This document shows, in pieces, positions 38,683-40,944 of a stretch of DNA of 40,944 nt. Every line of letters begins with the position of its first letter. Within the stretch, counting starts at the first letter, position 1. Origin of the DNA: Catajapyx aquilonaris (lineage: Eukaryota); NCBI GenBank assembly GCA_000934665.2, contig JYFJ02003488.1, positions 1 through 40,944 of the forward strand. The letters are read 5' to 3'. Position numbers and translations under genes: made by a program. The notes below the pieces were generated by a model that worked only from the letters and a program-made list of their open reading frames with translations, did no database searches and was not told the DNA's origin.

Positions 38683-39026
38683 AGGGAGGCGAAGTGGCGC
38701 AACGGTAACGTTCGCGCCCACGGATGTTAAGGTCCCGGGCTCGATCCCGGCCCGGGGACACCCCCTTCATCTCGTGCAGAGTAAAGTGTCGTCTCTGACT
38801 TCGTCTCGGGGGGTATTTCCTACAGACTAAACCACCCGGGGGAGCTCACAAAACGGCCACATGCGGACAAGGCACTGCACTTGCACATCCCCTCCTGTCA
38901 TCCCTTCCTGCCCGTGGGCCCGGGCGTGATAAATAGGATCCAGCTGTACTGATGATTAATAATAAAGGTCCAGGCAAAACCCCAATAGGGGTACGCCCAT
39001 ACCCAATTATTATTATTATATATTAT
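38683..39026 (+). mobile_element. tRNA-Arg(ACG)-derived SINE, copy 2 (different 3' tail)
   Basis: A box TGGCGCAACGG and B-box variant GGCTCGATCCC. The core is shared with copy 1 up to TTGCACATCCCCTCCT (38896). It ends in an (ATT)n tail, with a perfect 15-bp TSD tattatattgcaata (38668-38682 / 39027-39041). Confidence 0.9.
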
Positions 39027-39518
39027 TATTATATTGCAATATGGTGCGTGAATATTTTATGCTTACATAGAACAAGATCAAGAGTTACATCCACCATGCC
39101 ACTAGATAACCTTTAGTCGAGCCTGCTTATAGTAATCAGAATCACTTTATCCACCTTGATGCCTGAATAAATTATTTATTGGGTAAGTCAACTGTCTTCA
39201 ATAATTGGTGTAATGGTCCGACCCTGAAGGACTCCGCGGGAGTATCCAAAGGTATTGGGACGATATTTGTTAGTGAATTGCGATTACACTACTCATTTAA
39301 TAATCTCGAGACCAATTCCAATATTCTTGCGGTAGAAAAGTATATGCAGTCACCATCAAACTGTATATATTTTGCATGCTGTTTTCTTAAATAATTAGTG
39401 ATAAATATAGGCCAACTAAGAGGCTATTACGGTTTTTTAAATATGTCACCTGGTTTTACTGCAGGAATCCAGAAACGACAGAAGGGTTTCGCGACAGAAG
39501 AAAGATTGAAGACATGTA

Positions 39519-40333
39519 GGGGAGACTGGGGCACAGTGGACCACGGGGCACAGTGGACCTTTTCATTTTAAAAATCGAAAAAGCCGCCAAATTTTTTTCA
39601 TCTGGTACCTCGTGAAACAAGTCACTGCCATGCTCCTGCCAACATGGCTGGCAACGGCTAGCGATCGATCGATCGATAGATATCCAGCGAAATCGATTTG
39701 AAGATAAGTGAAGTAAATTACTAACCCACAGTTTAAATGCCACTTCAGGCGTAGATCTTGGGCATGAGCCTGATATAAAAATCTTGTGGAATAGTGCCGC
39801 CCTTTGTCCGTGAATACCGGAAGTTTGGTAAGCCTAACTTGCAATCGAAGTTACAATCATAGCATTATGTCAGTTGCTGCTGTCCGGGGCACAGTGGTCC
39901 ATGTACCACTGTGACCCGAAATGCACACTGTGTCCCGAAATGAACAGCTGTAAAAAAATGTGAGACAATGATTTTTTTAATGTGAATTAGGTAGAAAAAA
40001 GGGGCAAAACTGTGATGTTGACACAGTCCTCAAAATGAACAGCTGTAAACAAAATGTTAGGCAATAATAATAAACTTATTGTGTGAATTAGGGGTCCCAA
40101 TCACTTCCGGACCACTGTGCCCCACCTATCGGGGTACAGTGGACCATTTGCAGGGGGTCGCTTCTAAATTTTTTTAAAGCCAAAAGGATGGCACTGCCTG
40201 TGAATATAGTAGTGACTTATATTACCAAGGAGTATCTCCACCATGCCTGAAAATATGGGGTGTGTAGGTATAGCAGGTAGGTATATAAAAATTCAAATGT
40301 GCAAAAGTGGTCCACTGTGCCCCGGTCTCCCCC
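39519..40333. mobile_element. Non-autonomous Tc1/mariner-pogo-type DNA transposon (about 815 bp)
   Basis: 26-bp TIRs GGGGAGACYGGGGCACAGTGGACCAC (25/26, with one extra terminal C on the right), TA TSD, and several internal copies of the GGGGCACAGTGGACC motif in both orientations. There is no transposase ORF. Confidence 0.9.
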
Positions 40334-40553
40334 TATAGCCTAACAGGCCTATAATACATCGGCATACCGAATTGATTCACGGCTTTCTCCCCGCCGCGCC
40401 GCACTGGCCCCCCTTTACATTTTGAGGTAAAATTTTACTTCAGTTAAGCATAAAATTGCTTAAGACAACCAAGTGTTTTAGTATATTCTTTAGTCAATCT
40501 GCTTTTCCGAATAACTTTAAGACCATGTGGCAACTGGACCTAATTGTACGCAC

Positions 40554-40855
40554 ATTATTATTATTATTATTATTTTTTTAATTTACCCCGTGAATGACCT
40601 GTTAGGTCTTTAGGGGGTGGTGGATTACCACCATTGGTATTTTTTGGAGCGTGTTAAGATGAAATCTTATTAGTGTACTCCAGGGTTTGTAGGAGGGGAT
40701 GTGCAAAGTGCATGTGATCTGTCGTTAATTGGTCATTTTGTGAACTCCCCCGGGTGGCTTAGTCTATCGGAAATTGCCACCCGAAACGAAGTCAGAGATG
40801 GCCCAACTCTGCACGAAAGAAGGTGGGAACCCCGGGTGGGGATTGAACCAGGGCC
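40554..40855 (-). mobile_element. SINE copy 3 of the same family; the 5' head differs and runs off the window
   Basis: The reverse complement is near-identical to copy 1 from the B box through the core, and similar through most of the tail. It ends in (AAT)n. Sequence 5' of the B box is unrelated to copies 1 and 2. Confidence 0.88.
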
Positions 40856-40944
40856 ACCTAGAGACAAGGCCGGGGCGCGGGAACGGGTGGATCGCTGTGA
40901 CGTCACGCTAGGGGGCTAGCTTTCCCATAAGCGGGCTATGGCGG

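Noticed and set aside
39179..39394. Short ORF faintly resembling a LINE endonuclease fragment
   Set aside because: No diagnostic catalytic motif is visible; a profile-HMM search would be needed.

Overview
Eukaryotic genomic DNA, probably from an arthropod (inferred from an internal (TTAGG)n array, tRNA-derived SINEs and many MITEs). There is no prokaryotic gene organisation, CRISPR array or intact transposase/RT, and nearly all ORFs in the track are spurious. Most of the window looks intronic to one unidentified minus-strand gene. Three candidate coding exons (36227-35932, 4731-4641, 364-235) have GT-AG sites and matching phases (2/2, 0/0), giving introns of about 31.2 kb and 4.3 kb, and the gene continues off the left edge. 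The window holds three copies of a tRNA-Arg-derived SINE family that share a core but differ in heads and tails, one tRNA-Gly-derived SINE, and a tRNA-Lys-like sequence with a shortened anticodon loop. It also holds about ten non-autonomous DNA transposons (Tc1/mariner-pogo, PIF/Harbinger, hAT, probable Sola2, and a TIR element carrying telomeric repeats), several microsatellites and many GC-rich islands resembling cis-regulatory modules. The most notable observation is the modular SINE system, in which all SINE tails end in a hairpin although their sequences differ. I found no strong evidence for a wholly new biological system.
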